Positions 1-10,523 of a DNA stretch of 64,000 bases are shown one piece after another (the stretch's first letter is position 1; every line of letters starts with the position of its first letter). Both the position numbers and the translations under genes were made by a program. Below the pieces are notes generated by a model that saw nothing but the letters and a program-made list of their open reading frames with translations, searched no databases and had not been told where the DNA came from. This DNA comes from an uncultured Actinomycetes bacterium (GTDB taxonomy: Bacteria; Actinomycetota; Thermoleophilia; Gaiellales; JAICJC01): NCBI GenBank assembly GCA_963703275.1, contig OY969804.1:2963154-3027153 (forward strand), read 5' to 3'.

Positions 1-200
1 TGAGAGTTGCGGCCGAGAGGGCAGAAATGGCCCTCTACGGCATCGATGACCATTCTCTCGGCGGCCAAGGTCGGGGCTTTGCGCCCTTTCAAGCTTCCGA
101 TGGGCGTAATGTGAACCAGGGCCGTGCGAAGGGACCGCAACGCGCGGCTGGTTTGACGATTCTCGCTCTGGGTGTACGCTAGTCACCGGGCCCAGAGGGG

Positions 201-1457
201 GTGTGGACGATGTGGGGTCGAGCGGCACAACTGATGGTCGCCATCATGGCGTCGATGGCGGTGCTCGCGAGCTCGGCGAGTGCGACGGGAGGCTCCTTCC
301 CGCCGGACCCGAGTTGCCAGACGAACGGAGTCGTTCGCTCCATCCTGTACCTGAACGGGGTCGCATACTTGGCGGGCGATTTCACGCAGGTCGCACCTGC
401 CGGGGTCGCGATGGGAGGCGCGGGCACGGTGACGCGCCACGCACTGGCCGCATGTAGCGAGAAGACCGGAGCGATCCTGTCGTGGAGCCCCGGGGCGAAC
501 GGGCGCGCCTACTCGCTCGCCCACATCGGCAACACCATCTACGTCGGCGGCAGCTTCACCACGCTCGCCGACAAGCCGCGCCACAACATCGGCGCGGTCA
601 CCACGGCGGGTGCTGCGACCAGCTTCAACCCGGGCGCGAATGACACGGTGTACGTGGTACGGGCGGCTCCCAACGGCGACATCTTCGCCGGCGGCACCTT
701 CGGTACGCTCGCGGGCAAGAACCGCGCCAAGATCGGCGAGGTGACGCGCGCCGGCGCCGCGGTCAACTGGAACGCCAGCGTCGGCCAGGTGACCGGGTTT
801 GCCTGCCCACCACGGTGCCACCCGGTCGTGTTCACGATCGCGTTCTCGGGCTCAACGGTGTACTTCGGCGGTCACTTCGGACTGGTGGACGGACAGCCGC
901 GCAACTCGGCCGCGGCCGCCAACCTTCAGTCGGCGTCCCTGCTCCGGTGGAACCCGAACGTGTACGCCCCGTCAAACTGCCCCACCTGCACCACCGTCGA
1001 AACGGAGCGCGTCTACACCATCATCCCCGACCCAACCACCAACGAGGTGTATGTCTGCGGCGGGTTCTGGAAGGTCAACGGAACGAAGCGAGCATTCAAC
1101 CTGGCGGCGTTCGATCCCACCACCGGCACCCTCGACCCACACTTCACCATCCAAGACGACGGCGACACACCCGGCTGCGCCCTCCGCAAAAGCATCCTGT
1201 ACTTCGGCGGCCACTTCAACTACGCCGGAGCCGGATGCCAGCACACGACCGCGCCGCCGTGCCTTGTCTACCACCACGTTGCGGCCGCGGACGTCACCAC
1301 CAACACCCTGCTGTCCTGGAACCCCGGTGCAAACTCAAATCACGGCATCTACACGGTCCGGCAGGACGCCACTCACGTCGGCTTCGGCGGCTATCAGACA
1401 CACTTCGGCGGAAAGCTCCAAGAGGGCTACGCCACCTACTCGACAACGCTGCCCTGA
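201..1457 (+). CDS. secreted beta-propeller repeat protein (GGxF-type blades, DUF5122/delta-60-like)
   Basis: 418-aa ORF with a signal-like N-terminus (MVAIMASMAVLASSASA). Blade motif recurs: IYVGGSFTTLADKPRHNIG, IFAGGTFGTLAGKNRAKIG, VYFGGHFGLVDGQPRNSAA. Paralogous to 38062-39945. Confidence 0.6.
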   Translation: MWTMWGRAAQLMVAIMASMAVLASSASATGGSFPPDPSCQTNGVVRSILYLNGVAYLAGDFTQVAPAGVAMGGAGTVTRHALAACSEKTGAILSWSPGANGRAYSLAHIGNTIYVGGSFTTLADKPRHNIGAVTTAGAATSFNPGANDTVYVVRAAPNGDIFAGGTFGTLAGKNRAKIGEVTRAGAAVNWNASVGQVTGFACPPRCHPVVFTIAFSGSTVYFGGHFGLVDGQPRNSAAAANLQSASLLRWNPNVYAPSNCPTCTTVETERVYTIIPDPTTNEVYVCGGFWKVNGTKRAFNLAAFDPTTGTLDPHFTIQDDGDTPGCALRKSILYFGGHFNYAGAGCQHTTAPPCLVYHHVAAADVTTNTLLSWNPGANSNHGIYTVRQDATHVGFGGYQTHFGGKLQEGYATYSTTLP

Positions 1458-1498
1458 CGACCGCGCGGGGTAGGTCGAGGCCACGAGTCATTGGGGGG

Positions 1499-2563
1499 TT
1501 ACCGGTTGGCGATGGCAACTGAGCGCGCCTCGGTCGCAACCGCGCGCACGATCCGCCGGCGCAGCGTTGCGGCGTCGAGTTCGGTCACACGTCCGTCAAG
1601 CAGTGACGTCGTCACCAGCACGTCGCCTGCCACTGCCAGGTTGAACGAGCCGTACGGCAGGGACGTCCGCCGCACCACTCGGTCGCTTCGGGGGTCGACC
1701 ATCTCGATCGTCGAGCCGTATCCGCTCGCGAGGTAGGCGTACGGCGCGGCCGGCCCTCCGAAGACAACGTGCTGCGGCGGAGCCCCCGCCGGGATTTGCG
1801 CAAGCGGTCGCCCCGACACGGCGTCGAGCACCGACACGTACGGCTCGGAGGCCGAGGTGACCCAGACGGTCGCGCCGCCAGGGCTGAAGGCGAGATCGTG
1901 CGCTGCCACGCGTGGGTGGATCCGTCCGGTCACACGCAGGTGTCGCATCTGCGAGCAGTCGACGGTGACGATCGTGTGCGCCGTCTCGCCCAATGCGACC
2001 CAGATCGTGGTTCCGTCGGGGCTGATCGCGAGATGGTGGGCGCCCAGGCCGACCCAGACGCGGTCGGCGACCTGCGCAGTGTTCAGGTTGATTGCCGACA
2101 CCGATCCGGCGGCCGCATCGCTCACAAGCGCCCAGTTGCCGCCGCGAGCGATCGCCGCGATCTGGGGCGAGCGGAAGCTGTGCAGGATGGCCTCTGGACG
2201 CAGAGTTCGCGGAGACAAGAGCGTGACCGTTCCCGACTGCGGGCTGACGACCACCGCCGGGCCGGTGCTTGCCGCGGCGATCGTTGTCGGACGGGCAGCC
2301 ATGCGCACGCGGCGGATCACGCGACCACCGGGAACGGTCACCGCCAGCACCTCGTCCTCGCCCTCGGCGGTGACCAGCGCCTCCTGGCGTCGGCGCCGAG
2401 TGGGCTCGGCCTTCGCGTGGCCGCGTCGAGCGCGTGGGTTGTGGGAGCCGCGGCGGCCGTGGTGCGTCGAGACCGACCGGGCGGACGACCCGGACCCCGA
2501 GCCGGCGCACGCCGCCACAGTCATGCTGCACCCCACCGCCAGTACGACGCAGACGATCCGCAT
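1499..2563 (-). CDS. lipoprotein with YVTN/lactonase-type beta-propeller
   Basis: ATG at 2563 gives MRIVCVVLAVGCSMTVAAC, a signal plus lipobox. Blades LAISPDGTTIWVA and LAFSPGGATVWVT. The upstream part of ORF 1499-3079 is Arg/Pro-rich shadow sequence. Confidence 0.6.
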   Translation of the reverse strand: MRIVCVVLAVGCSMTVAACAGSGSGSSARSVSTHHGRRGSHNPRARRGHAKAEPTRRRRQEALVTAEGEDEVLAVTVPGGRVIRRVRMAARPTTIAAASTGPAVVVSPQSGTVTLLSPRTLRPEAILHSFRSPQIAAIARGGNWALVSDAAAGSVSAINLNTAQVADRVWVGLGAHHLAISPDGTTIWVALGETAHTIVTVDCSQMRHLRVTGRIHPRVAAHDLAFSPGGATVWVTSASEPYVSVLDAVSGRPLAQIPAGAPPQHVVFGGPAAPYAYLASGYGSTIEMVDPRSDRVVRRTSLPYGSFNLAVAGDVLVTTSLLDGRVTELDAATLRRRIVRAVATEARSVAIANR

Positions 2564-2652
2564 GTGATCGGTACGTGTCTGCGCGGCATTTGCGTCCGGC
2601 GTTTTGGAGAGCGGCGCGTAGGGGGCCCCACGAGAAGGAAGGCTGTGCCAGA

Positions 2653-4551
2653 ATGACGCCCGTGAACTGGCAGGCGCTGCTCGACGTGGTGCATCCGGCG
2701 CGGCCCGCGTTCTCGCCCGACGGCACGATGATCGCCTGCGCCGTCGAGGCCAACTACACGCTGCCGGGCGCGGCCGCCCGCAGCCGCATCTGGATCGCGG
2801 CAGCCGACGGCTCGGGGGCGCGCGAGGCGACGCGCGGCCCGGGTGCCGACACCGCCCCGCTGTGGTCGCCGGACGGGAGCACGCTGGCGTTCCTCTCCGA
2901 CCGCGATCAGGCCGGCCAGCGCGCGGTCTACCTGCTCGACGGCGGCGTCGGCGAGGCGCGCAGGGTGGGCGACGTGCCGGGATCGGTGGAGCAGCTGCGC
3001 TTCGCTCGTGACGGCCGCACGGTGATGGCGCTCGCGGCCGACCCGGGATCTGACCGGGCCGGGGCGGACTCGGCCACACGCATCGAGGCCGGCGACGCCG
3101 ACGACCCCCGGGTGGAGCGGGCGGCCCAGTTCTGGCGCCGGCTCTACCGGATCGACACGGCCACCGGAGAGACCACCACGGTGGTGCTTGACGGCGTCAA
3201 CGTGTGGGAGTTCGACTGGCGCGGCGGGCTGGTCGCGGCGATCGTCTCGGCCGACCCGTCCGAGAGCGGCTGGTACGCGACCCGCGTGGCGCTCGTCGAC
3301 GCCGACCGCGGTGACGTGCGCGATCTGCATACGCCGGCCCACCAGGTGGAGGGCGTGTGCCTGTCACCCGACGAGGCTCGGGTCGCGTTCATCGAGGGCT
3401 TCTGCTCCGACCGCGGCCTGCTGGTCGGCGAGGCGGTCGTCGTCCCCACCTCGGGCGGCGCCGCCAGGACGCTCGCGCCTGAGCTGGACGCGGGCTGCCT
3501 GCTGTGGCGGGACGAGCGATCGCTGTGGTTTGCCGGACAGCTCGGGCTGGGCTCGAACTGTGGCACGATCGACGTCGAGCGCGGAGGCGCGGTTCTCTGG
3601 GAGGGCGACGTCTCGATCATGTCCGGCTGGACGCCGTTTCTGACAGCCGCGCCCGACGGGCGGCTCCTGGCGGCCGCGTTCAGCGCATGGGACGCCCCGC
3701 CCGAGCTGTGCGTGCTCGACCCGTCCGCACCGGCGCCGGACTGGCGGCCGGTGACAACGCTCAATCCGCAGGCGGAGCCGCCGCCGGGCGGGTGCGAGCG
3801 GCGCAGGTGGCGCTCGGATGAGTTCGAGATCGAGGGCCTCCTGCTGCGCCCCGCGGACGCCGGCGAGCGACTGCCGCTGATCGTGTGGGTGCACGGCGGG
3901 CCCACGGGGACGTTCGGGTTCGAGCACCCCCGGGTGCACCATGCCGCGCTCCTGGCCGCCGGCTATGCGCTGCTGCTCCCCAACCCGCGCGGCAGCTCCG
4001 GCCGCGGCCAGCCGTTCGCGCTCGCCAACCTCGGCGACATGGGTGGCGGCGACCTGCGCGACATCCTGGCCGGCGTCGACGCGCTGGTTGCCGAGGGCGT
4101 GGCGGATCCCGGCCGGATCGGGATTGCCGGCGGGAGCTACGGCGGGTTCATGGCGGCCTGGGCGGTCACGCAGTCTGACCGCTTCGGCGCCTCGATCCCG
4201 TTCGCGGCCGTGACCGACTGGCTGTCGTTCCACAACACCACCAACATCGGCCGCTTCGACGAGCTGTTCCTGGACGCCGACCCGTACGAGGCGGGCGGCG
4301 AGTACTTCCACCGCTCACCCGTCGCGCACGCGCGCGCGGTCACGACGCCGACCCTGGTCATGCACGGCGAGCTCGACCTGTGCGTGCCCGTCTCCCAGGG
4401 CGTCGAGTTCCACCGGGCGCTGGCCGAGGCGGGTGTTGAGACCGAGCTGGTCATCTACCCGCGCGAGGGCCACGGCTGGCGCGAGCGCGAGCACCAGCTG
4501 GACGGCTGCCGGCGCATGGTCGAGTGGTTCGACCGCCACCTGCGCGGCTGA
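2653..4551 (+). CDS. S9 family serine peptidase (prolyl oligopeptidase / acylaminoacyl-peptidase type)
   Basis: N-terminal propeller motifs (FSPDG, WSPDGS). C-terminal hydrolase with nucleophile elbow GGSYGG, an acid residue in GELDLCVP and His in EGHGW. Start taken at ATG 2653 (MTPVNWQ). Confidence 0.85.
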   Translation: MTPVNWQALLDVVHPARPAFSPDGTMIACAVEANYTLPGAAARSRIWIAAADGSGAREATRGPGADTAPLWSPDGSTLAFLSDRDQAGQRAVYLLDGGVGEARRVGDVPGSVEQLRFARDGRTVMALAADPGSDRAGADSATRIEAGDADDPRVERAAQFWRRLYRIDTATGETTTVVLDGVNVWEFDWRGGLVAAIVSADPSESGWYATRVALVDADRGDVRDLHTPAHQVEGVCLSPDEARVAFIEGFCSDRGLLVGEAVVVPTSGGAARTLAPELDAGCLLWRDERSLWFAGQLGLGSNCGTIDVERGGAVLWEGDVSIMSGWTPFLTAAPDGRLLAAAFSAWDAPPELCVLDPSAPAPDWRPVTTLNPQAEPPPGGCERRRWRSDEFEIEGLLLRPADAGERLPLIVWVHGGPTGTFGFEHPRVHHAALLAAGYALLLPNPRGSSGRGQPFALANLGDMGGGDLRDILAGVDALVAEGVADPGRIGIAGGSYGGFMAAWAVTQSDRFGASIPFAAVTDWLSFHNTTNIGRFDELFLDADPYEAGGEYFHRSPVAHARAVTTPTLVMHGELDLCVPVSQGVEFHRALAEAGVETELVIYPREGHGWREREHQLDGCRRMVEWFDRHLRG

Positions 4552-4552
4552 G

Positions 4553-5509
4553 CTAGGAAACGACGAGCACGGCTGACCCGCTGATCTCGCCGGCGGCCAG
4601 CCGCCTGAGCGCGTCGGCCGCCGCCGCCAGCGGGAACTCCTGCACCTGCGCCCGGATCGGCACCTCGGCGGCGAGCGCCAGGAACTCGGTCGCGTCGGCG
4701 CGGGTGAAGTTCGCGACGGAGCGGATGCAGCGCTCCTGCCACAGGAGGTCGTAGGAGAAGGCGGGCATCTCGTCGAGGTGGATCGCGTTCACCGCGACGG
4801 TCGCTCCCGGCGCAAGCGACCGCAGCGCGGCCACCACCACCGACCCGACCGGGGCGAAGGTGACCGCGCCGTCGAGTGGCCAGGGCGACGGGTCGTCGTA
4901 GCCGCCGGTCCAGGCGGCCCCGAGCCGAGTGGCCAGCTCCCGCTCGCGCCGCGACCGGCTGAACACCGCCACCGTGCAGCCCTGGTGCAGCGCAACCTGG
5001 ATCGCCAGGTGGGCGGACGACCCGAAGCCGTAGAGGCCCAGGCGCCCGCCGGGCCCGACCCCGGCGAGCCGCAGCGACCGGTAGCCGATGATGCCGGCGC
5101 ACAGGAGCGGCGCCGCCTCGAGATCGCTGAACCCCTCGGGCAGCGGGAACACGTAGTCGCGCCGGGCGGCGATCAGCTCGGCGTAACCGCCGTCGGTCGT
5201 CCAGCCGGTGAACTCGGCGTTCGGGCACAGATTCTCGAGGCCACGGCGGCACGCCGGGCAGATGCCGTCGGCGCCGTGCAGCCACGCCACTCCCACCCGC
5301 TCGCCGGTGCCCGCGATCCTCCCGACCACCTGGTGGCCGGGGATGACCGGCCGGCGCCGCATCTCGAGATCGCCCTGGACGATCTGCAGGTCGGTGCGGC
5401 AGACGCCGCAGGCGGCGACCTCGATCAGCACCTCGCCCTGCCCCGCCACCGGATCGGCGACCTCACGCTCGACGAGCCGGCCGGGGCGCTCAAGCACGAT
5501 CGCACGCAT
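4553..5509 (-). CDS. zinc-dependent alcohol dehydrogenase family oxidoreductase
   Basis: MDR motifs GVCRTDLQ and PGHQVVG, with nucleotide fold LYGFGSSAHLA. Confidence 0.85.
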   Translation of the reverse strand: MRAIVLERPGRLVEREVADPVAGQGEVLIEVAACGVCRTDLQIVQGDLEMRRRPVIPGHQVVGRIAGTGERVGVAWLHGADGICPACRRGLENLCPNAEFTGWTTDGGYAELIAARRDYVFPLPEGFSDLEAAPLLCAGIIGYRSLRLAGVGPGGRLGLYGFGSSAHLAIQVALHQGCTVAVFSRSRRERELATRLGAAWTGGYDDPSPWPLDGAVTFAPVGSVVVAALRSLAPGATVAVNAIHLDEMPAFSYDLLWQERCIRSVANFTRADATEFLALAAEVPIRAQVQEFPLAAAADALRRLAAGEISGSAVLVVS

Positions 5510-5536
5510 GCCGTCACACTATCCGCGAATGCGCGT

Positions 5537-6700
5537 ATGAGCTTCGGCATCCTCACGCTGATCGTCGCCTGCGGCCTGGTCGGCCCACTGCTCTCGGGCG
5601 CGTCGAGGCTCACGGTGCCCGTCGTCGTTGGCGAGATCACGGCGGGAGTGCTGGTCGGTCAGACCGGCCTGCGCGAGATCGACCCGGCCGATCCGACGAT
5701 CGTCTTCCTCTCGAGTGTGGGCTTCGCAATGCTGATGTTCGTGGTCGGCACGAAGCTGCCGCTGCGCGACGCCGGGCTGCGGCAGGCCCTGCGCCGGGCG
5801 GCGGTCGCAAGCGTGCTCTCGTTCGTGATCGCCGTGCCCGGCGGGTGGCTCCTGTCGCACGTCACCGGGCTCGGGCATCCGGCAATTTTCGTGCTCCTCC
5901 TGGCGGCATCGAGCTCGGCCGTGGTGATGCCGATCGTTCAGGAGCGCGGCCTGACCGGCGGCGAGATGCTGCTCGTGACGGCGTGGATCGCCGTGGTCGA
6001 TATCGCCACCATCGTCGCCCTGCCGCTGGCGCTCGAGCCGTCCCAGGCGGCCCGGATCGCCGGCGGCGGCGTGCTGGTGACGGTGGCGGCGATCGGCGTG
6101 TTCCGGTTCATCCACGTGACCCGCTACCACCGGATCGTCACCGCGCTTCGCCGCGACTCCAAGCTGCGCGGATGGGCGCTCGACCTGCGCCTGTCGCTGG
6201 TGGTGCTGTTCGGCCTCGCGGCGCTCGCGACCCGGTTCAACACGAGCATCCTGATCGCCGGCTTTGCGGCCGGCATGATCGTTGCCCTGGCCGGCGAGCC
6301 GGGCCGGCTGACCGAGCAGCTGGTCGGTCTGGCCGAGGGGTTCTTCATCCCCTTCTTCTTCGTGGCCCTCGGGGCCAAGCTCAACTTCCGGTCGCTCGCA
6401 TCCTCGCGCACGAACATCGAGCTGATGGTGCTCCTGGCCGCCGCGATCCTCATCTGCCATCTGGCGGTGGCGATCGTGATGCGCATGCCGTGGCCGGCCG
6501 GCATGCTCGCATCCGCCCAGCTCGGACTGCCCGCCGGCGTGGTGTCGCTGGGGCTCACCGAGCACGTTCTGACGCCGGGAGAGGGCGCGGCGATCGTCGC
6601 CGCGGCGGTGATCACACTGGCTCTCTCGAGCCTGGGGGCGGTGCTGCTCTCGCGCACCCTGGCGCCGGCGCCGGGTACGGCGCCCGCGACTCCCGGGTGA
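5537..6700 (+). CDS. cation:proton antiporter (Na+/H+ or K+/H+ exchanger family)
   Basis: Polytopic hydrophobic protein whose N-terminus VVVGEITAGVLVGQTGL is typical of CPA exchangers. ATG 5537 chosen because upstream ORF sequence is antisense to the ADH gene. Confidence 0.75.
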   Translation: MSFGILTLIVACGLVGPLLSGASRLTVPVVVGEITAGVLVGQTGLREIDPADPTIVFLSSVGFAMLMFVVGTKLPLRDAGLRQALRRAAVASVLSFVIAVPGGWLLSHVTGLGHPAIFVLLLAASSSAVVMPIVQERGLTGGEMLLVTAWIAVVDIATIVALPLALEPSQAARIAGGGVLVTVAAIGVFRFIHVTRYHRIVTALRRDSKLRGWALDLRLSLVVLFGLAALATRFNTSILIAGFAAGMIVALAGEPGRLTEQLVGLAEGFFIPFFFVALGAKLNFRSLASSRTNIELMVLLAAAILICHLAVAIVMRMPWPAGMLASAQLGLPAGVVSLGLTEHVLTPGEGAAIVAAAVITLALSSLGAVLLSRTLAPAPGTAPATPG

Positions 6701-6707
6701 GTACAAT

Positions 6708-7139
6708 TTGACGATGTCCGATCCAGCCCCACGCCCCTGGTACGCCGAGCACGTCGACCGCTACCTCGCCACGAACGGCGAGGACGGCCACGACTGGAAC
6801 GGCAAGCCCACCCTGCTCCTCACCACCCGCGGCCGCCGGTCGGGGGAGCTGCACACGCTGCCGCTGATCTACGGCCGCGACGGCGACAACTTTCTGATCG
6901 TCGCGTCCCGCGGCGGCGCCCCCAAACACCCGAGCTGGTACCTCAACCTGGTCGCCGAGCCCGAGGTCGGCCTGCAGGTGCGCGACCGCGTCCTGACCGC
7001 CCGCGCCCACACCGCCGATCCCGGCGAGAAGCGGCGGCTGTGGCCGGTGATGACGGGGATCTTCCCCGACTACGACGACTACCAGAAGAAGACCGACCGC
7101 GAGATCCCGCTGGTCGTGCTCGAGCCCGTCACACCGTGA
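6708..7139 (+). CDS. deazaflavin (F420)-dependent nitroreductase-family protein
   Basis: [20 protein letters not shown] ... [17 protein letters not shown] pattern of the Ddn/DUF385-type family. Start is TTG 6708 or ATG 6714. Confidence 0.7.
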   Translation: MTMSDPAPRPWYAEHVDRYLATNGEDGHDWNGKPTLLLTTRGRRSGELHTLPLIYGRDGDNFLIVASRGGAPKHPSWYLNLVAEPEVGLQVRDRVLTARAHTADPGEKRRLWPVMTGIFPDYDDYQKKTDREIPLVVLEPVTP

Positions 7140-8538
7140 GCCGGTTCAGCGCCCGCAACTTGTTGGTGGCGTCGAGCGCGGCAACCTTGTAGGACTCGGC
7201 CAGCGTCGGGTAGTTGAACACCTGGTCGATCAGGTAGTCGACCGTCCCGCCGAGCCCCATCACGGTCTGGCCGATGTGCACCAGCTCGGTCGCGGCGGTG
7301 CCGAACACGTGCACCCCGAGCAGCGTGCGCTCCTCGGGGGCGACCAGCAGCTTGAGGATGCCGACCGAGTCGCCCAGGATCTGGCCGCGGGCGAGCTCGC
7401 GGTAACGTGACATGCCGATCTCGTAGGGGATCCCGGCCGCCGTCAGATCCTCCTCGGTGCGGCCGGCGAAGCTGATCTCGGGGATCGTGTAGATGCCGAT
7501 CGGCAGCAGCTCGCGCATCGGCCGGGCGTCGACGCCGAAGGCGTGGGCGGCCGCCAGCCTGCCCTGCTCGAACGACGCCGATGCCAGACTCGGAAAGCCG
7601 ATCACGTCGCCGACGGCATAGATGTGCTCGACCGCCGTGCGGTAGTGCTCATCGACCTTGATCCGGCCGCGGGAGTCGGCCTCGATGCCGGCCGTCTCGA
7701 GCCCCAGGTCGGCGGTCGCGCCCTGGCGGCCGGCCGAGTACATGACGGCGTCGGCGGCGATCCGCTTGCCACTGGCCAGGGCCGTGAGCGTGGCGCCGTC
7801 GTGCTTCTCGACCGACGTCACCGTCTCGCCCAGCCGGAACACCAGGCCCAGGTCGCGCAGGTAATACTGGAGCGCCTCGACCACCTGGTTGTCGCAGAAC
7901 TCGAGCAGCCGCTCGTTTCGCTCGACCACGGTGACGCGCGTGCCGAGCGCGGCGAAGATCGAGGCGTACTCGATCCCGATCACCCCGGCACCGACAACGA
8001 CCAGGGTCGAGGGAATCTTGGCCAGGAGGAGGATGCCGTCGGAGTCGAGGATGGTGGCCTCGTCGAACTCGACCCCCGGGGGCCGGGCGGGGGCGGTGCC
8101 GGTCGCGATCACGATCTTGTCGGCCTCGACGGTGCGCACGTTGCCATGGTTGTCCGACACCGCGACCCGGTGGGTGTCGATCAGGCGGCCCTGTCCCGGC
8201 AGCACGCGGACGTGGTTTCGGGCGAGCTGGTTTCGGATCACGTCCACCTCGCGGCCCATCACCTGCTGGGTGCGCCAGACCAGGTCGTCGATGGTGACGT
8301 CCTCCTTGACCCGGTAGCTCTGCCCGTACAGCCCCCGCTCGGACAGGCCGGTGAGGTAGATCGCGGCCTCGCGCAGCGTCTTTGACGGGATCGTGCCGGT
8401 GTTGGCACACACGCCGCCGATCGCGTCGCGGCGCTCGACAACAGCCACCGAGGCGCCCACCTTGGCCGCCTGGATCGCGGCCTTCTGCCCGGCCGGCCCC
8501 GAGCCCAGCACCACGAGGTCAAAGCGGCTGCCTTCCAT
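7129..8538 (-). CDS. sthA: soluble pyridine nucleotide transhydrogenase
   Basis: FAD fold [23 protein letters not shown] has a single Cys, as in SthA. Second dinucleotide fold [13 protein letters not shown]. 469 aa. Confidence 0.8.
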   Translation of the reverse strand: MEGSRFDLVVLGSGPAGQKAAIQAAKVGASVAVVERRDAIGGVCANTGTIPSKTLREAAIYLTGLSERGLYGQSYRVKEDVTIDDLVWRTQQVMGREVDVIRNQLARNHVRVLPGQGRLIDTHRVAVSDNHGNVRTVEADKIVIATGTAPARPPGVEFDEATILDSDGILLLAKIPSTLVVVGAGVIGIEYASIFAALGTRVTVVERNERLLEFCDNQVVEALQYYLRDLGLVFRLGETVTSVEKHDGATLTALASGKRIAADAVMYSAGRQGATADLGLETAGIEADSRGRIKVDEHYRTAVEHIYAVGDVIGFPSLASASFEQGRLAAAHAFGVDARPMRELLPIGIYTIPEISFAGRTEEDLTAAGIPYEIGMSRYRELARGQILGDSVGILKLLVAPEERTLLGVHVFGTAATELVHIGQTVMGLGGTVDYLIDQVFNYPTLAESYKVAALDATNKLRALNRLTV

Positions 8539-8547
8539 CGGGCGATG

Positions 8548-10011
8548 CTACTCCACGCCGCGCGTTGGCCGGGCTGCCTTCACCGGTCGGACACCGCTTG
8601 CAGCGGGCGGCAGGAGGCTGGAATACGCCGTCAGCTCGTCGATCGCCTGGGCGACTTCGAGCAGCGCCCGCTCCGCGAACGGCCGCGCCACGAGCTGCAG
8701 CCCCACCGGCAGGCCGGCCGCCGTGAGACCGGCGGGGATCGAGATCGCGGGGCAGCAGGTGACCGTGACCCGCGAGCACGACCGCATCCACTGCAGGTAG
8801 GAGCCCATCGCCACGCCGGCCACCTCGGCCGGGTACTCGGTCTCGACGGGGAACGGCTCGACCTGCGTCACCGGGCAGGCCAGGTAGTCGTAGCGCTCGA
8901 AGAACGCGCCGACGCGGTCACAGAGCTCGGCGTGCAGCCGGGCGGCGGCCACGAGGTCGGCCGAGGTGAGCGCGCGGCCGCGCTCGATGTTCCAGCGCAG
9001 CGTCGCCTTCATGCGGCCGCCGTCGCTGTCGTAGAGATCGCCGAGCGAGACCGCGAACATGAACGCCCGCCAGGTTTCGAACACGTGGTCCGCACCGGTC
9101 AGGTCGGGCTCGTCTTCCACCACGTCGAGGCCGACCTCGCCCAAGCGGCCGACCGCGGCCGCGACCGCGTCGAGCACCGCCGGCTCGAAGGGCAGGCCGC
9201 CGAGCGACCGGCTCCACGCGACCCGGCGGCCGCGCAGGTCGGCATCGAGCGGGCCCGCCAGGTCGAGCGCGGCGGCGCGCTGCGAGAGCGGCGCCCGCGG
9301 ATCGGGCCCGGCCATCGCGCTCAGAAGCAGGGCGACGTCGGCAGCCGTGCGGCCGATCGGCCCGTCGACCGAGAACGGCAGCCAGGGGGTGAGCGACGGC
9401 CAGTCCGGGACGACGCCGGGCGTCGGCCGCAGGCCCACGAGGCCGTTCCAGGCGGCCGGGTTTCGCAGTGATCCGCCCAGGTCGCCGCCGTCGGCGAGCG
9501 GAACCATCCGGCAGGCCAGGGCGACGGCGCCGCCACCGCTCGAGCCGCCCGCCGACCGGCTCGTGTCCCACGGGTTGCGGGTCACGCCGAAGACCGGGTT
9601 GAACGTGTGCGAGCCGGCGCCCCACTCCGGCGTGTTCGTCTTGCCGACGACGATCGCGCCCGCGTCCTTGAGCCGGGCCGCGAGCAGCGCGTCCGCATCG
9701 GGCACGTGGCCGGCGAAAGACGGCGAGCCGTAGGTGGTGCGGATGCCGGCGGTGTCGACCAGGTCCTTGTGGGCGATCGGGAGGCCGTGCAGCGGCGGCA
9801 GCGGCCGGCCGGAGGCGCGCAGGCGATCGGCGGCGTTCGCAGCGGCGAGCGCGTGCCCGGCGGCGACGGTCACGATCGCGTTCACGGCCGGGTTGATGCG
9901 GTCGATCCGGGCCAGCGTCGCCTCGGCGAGCTCGACGGCTCCAAGCGTTCCGCCCCGCAGCGCGCGGGCCTGATCGGTCGCGGGCAGGAGGCAGGGGTCG
10001 TCAGAGCCCAT
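8548..10011 (-). CDS. amidase (amidase-signature family)
   Basis: AS signature GGSSGG and catalytic Lys context PIAHKDL. 487 aa, 9 nt upstream of sthA on the same strand. Confidence 0.85.
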   Translation of the reverse strand: MGSDDPCLLPATDQARALRGGTLGAVELAEATLARIDRINPAVNAIVTVAAGHALAAANAADRLRASGRPLPPLHGLPIAHKDLVDTAGIRTTYGSPSFAGHVPDADALLAARLKDAGAIVVGKTNTPEWGAGSHTFNPVFGVTRNPWDTSRSAGGSSGGGAVALACRMVPLADGGDLGGSLRNPAAWNGLVGLRPTPGVVPDWPSLTPWLPFSVDGPIGRTAADVALLLSAMAGPDPRAPLSQRAAALDLAGPLDADLRGRRVAWSRSLGGLPFEPAVLDAVAAAVGRLGEVGLDVVEDEPDLTGADHVFETWRAFMFAVSLGDLYDSDGGRMKATLRWNIERGRALTSADLVAAARLHAELCDRVGAFFERYDYLACPVTQVEPFPVETEYPAEVAGVAMGSYLQWMRSCSRVTVTCCPAISIPAGLTAAGLPVGLQLVARPFAERALLEVAQAIDELTAYSSLLPPAASGVRPVKAARPTRGVE

Positions 10012-10032
10012 GGCTCACGCTACCAGCCCGGG

Positions 10033-10458
10033 TCAGCTCTGCGTGAGCCGCTGGAGCAGCGGAACGGCGGCGTCGAGCGTGCGCTGCTCGTCGCCGGTGA
10101 GCTGCGTCGCGATCGCCTCGGCCAGCCACCCCTCGCGGCGACGGCGATCCTCTCGCAGCGTGTCGCGGCCGTGCTCGGTGAGCTCGATCAGGATGCAGCG
10201 GCGATCGATCGGGTCGGGCCGGCGGCCGACCATGCCGTCGGCCTGCAGGTCGGCGATCGTCTGGGCCATCGACTGGGGCCGCACGCGCTCGGCCGCGGCC
10301 AGCGCGCTCGTCGTCTTGGGGCCCTCGCGGTCGAGCCGGCTCAGCACGGCCGCGTGCGAGATCGGGAAGCGATGCTCCGTGCGCAGGCGGCGGATGAGCT
10401 GGCCCAGCACGATGCGCAGCTCGCTCGCAGACCGGGTCATGTCGGGTGTCGGCGCCAT
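10033..10458 (-). CDS. MarR family transcriptional regulator
   Basis: 141 aa with a winged-helix core (TTSALAAAERVRPQSMAQTIADLQADGMVGRRPDPIDRR). Divergent from the MFS gene. Confidence 0.85.
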   Translation of the reverse strand: MAPTPDMTRSASELRIVLGQLIRRLRTEHRFPISHAAVLSRLDREGPKTTSALAAAERVRPQSMAQTIADLQADGMVGRRPDPIDRRCILIELTEHGRDTLREDRRRREGWLAEAIATQLTGDEQRTLDAAVPLLQRLTQS

Positions 10459-10470
10459 CGCAGAATCATA

Positions 10471-10494
10471 CAGGTAAACTGTGCAGTCTACCTG
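10471..10494. promoter_or_regulatory. imperfect 24-bp palindrome, candidate MarR operator
   Basis: CAGGTAAACTGT|GCAGTCTACCTG, with 10 of 12 half-site positions complementary. Lies in the MarR/MFS divergent region. Confidence 0.35.
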
Positions 10495-10523
10495 GTGTAT
10501 TTCGCAGCGAATCGAGGCTGAGG

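Noticed and set aside
1499-3079. Full-length 526-aa ORF. Likewise the 705-aa ORF 2434-4551 and the 640-aa ORF 4778-6700.
   Set aside because: The upstream extensions are Arg/Pro-rich and overlap neighbouring genes. Internal ATG starts (2563, 2653, 5537) give proper signal, lipobox or N-terminal sequences.
5519-6706. Long antisense or out-of-frame ORFs of 200-690 aa rich in Arg/Pro/Gly/His. Examples: 183-821(-), 799-1473(+), 5519-6706(-), 10481-12559(+), 10488-12089(-), 41532-42962(+), 54063-55418(-), 38917-40014(+).
   Set aside because: These are typical shadow ORFs of high-GC DNA. Each overlaps a gene on another frame or strand that has clear family motifs, and their composition is low-complexity rather than protein-like.
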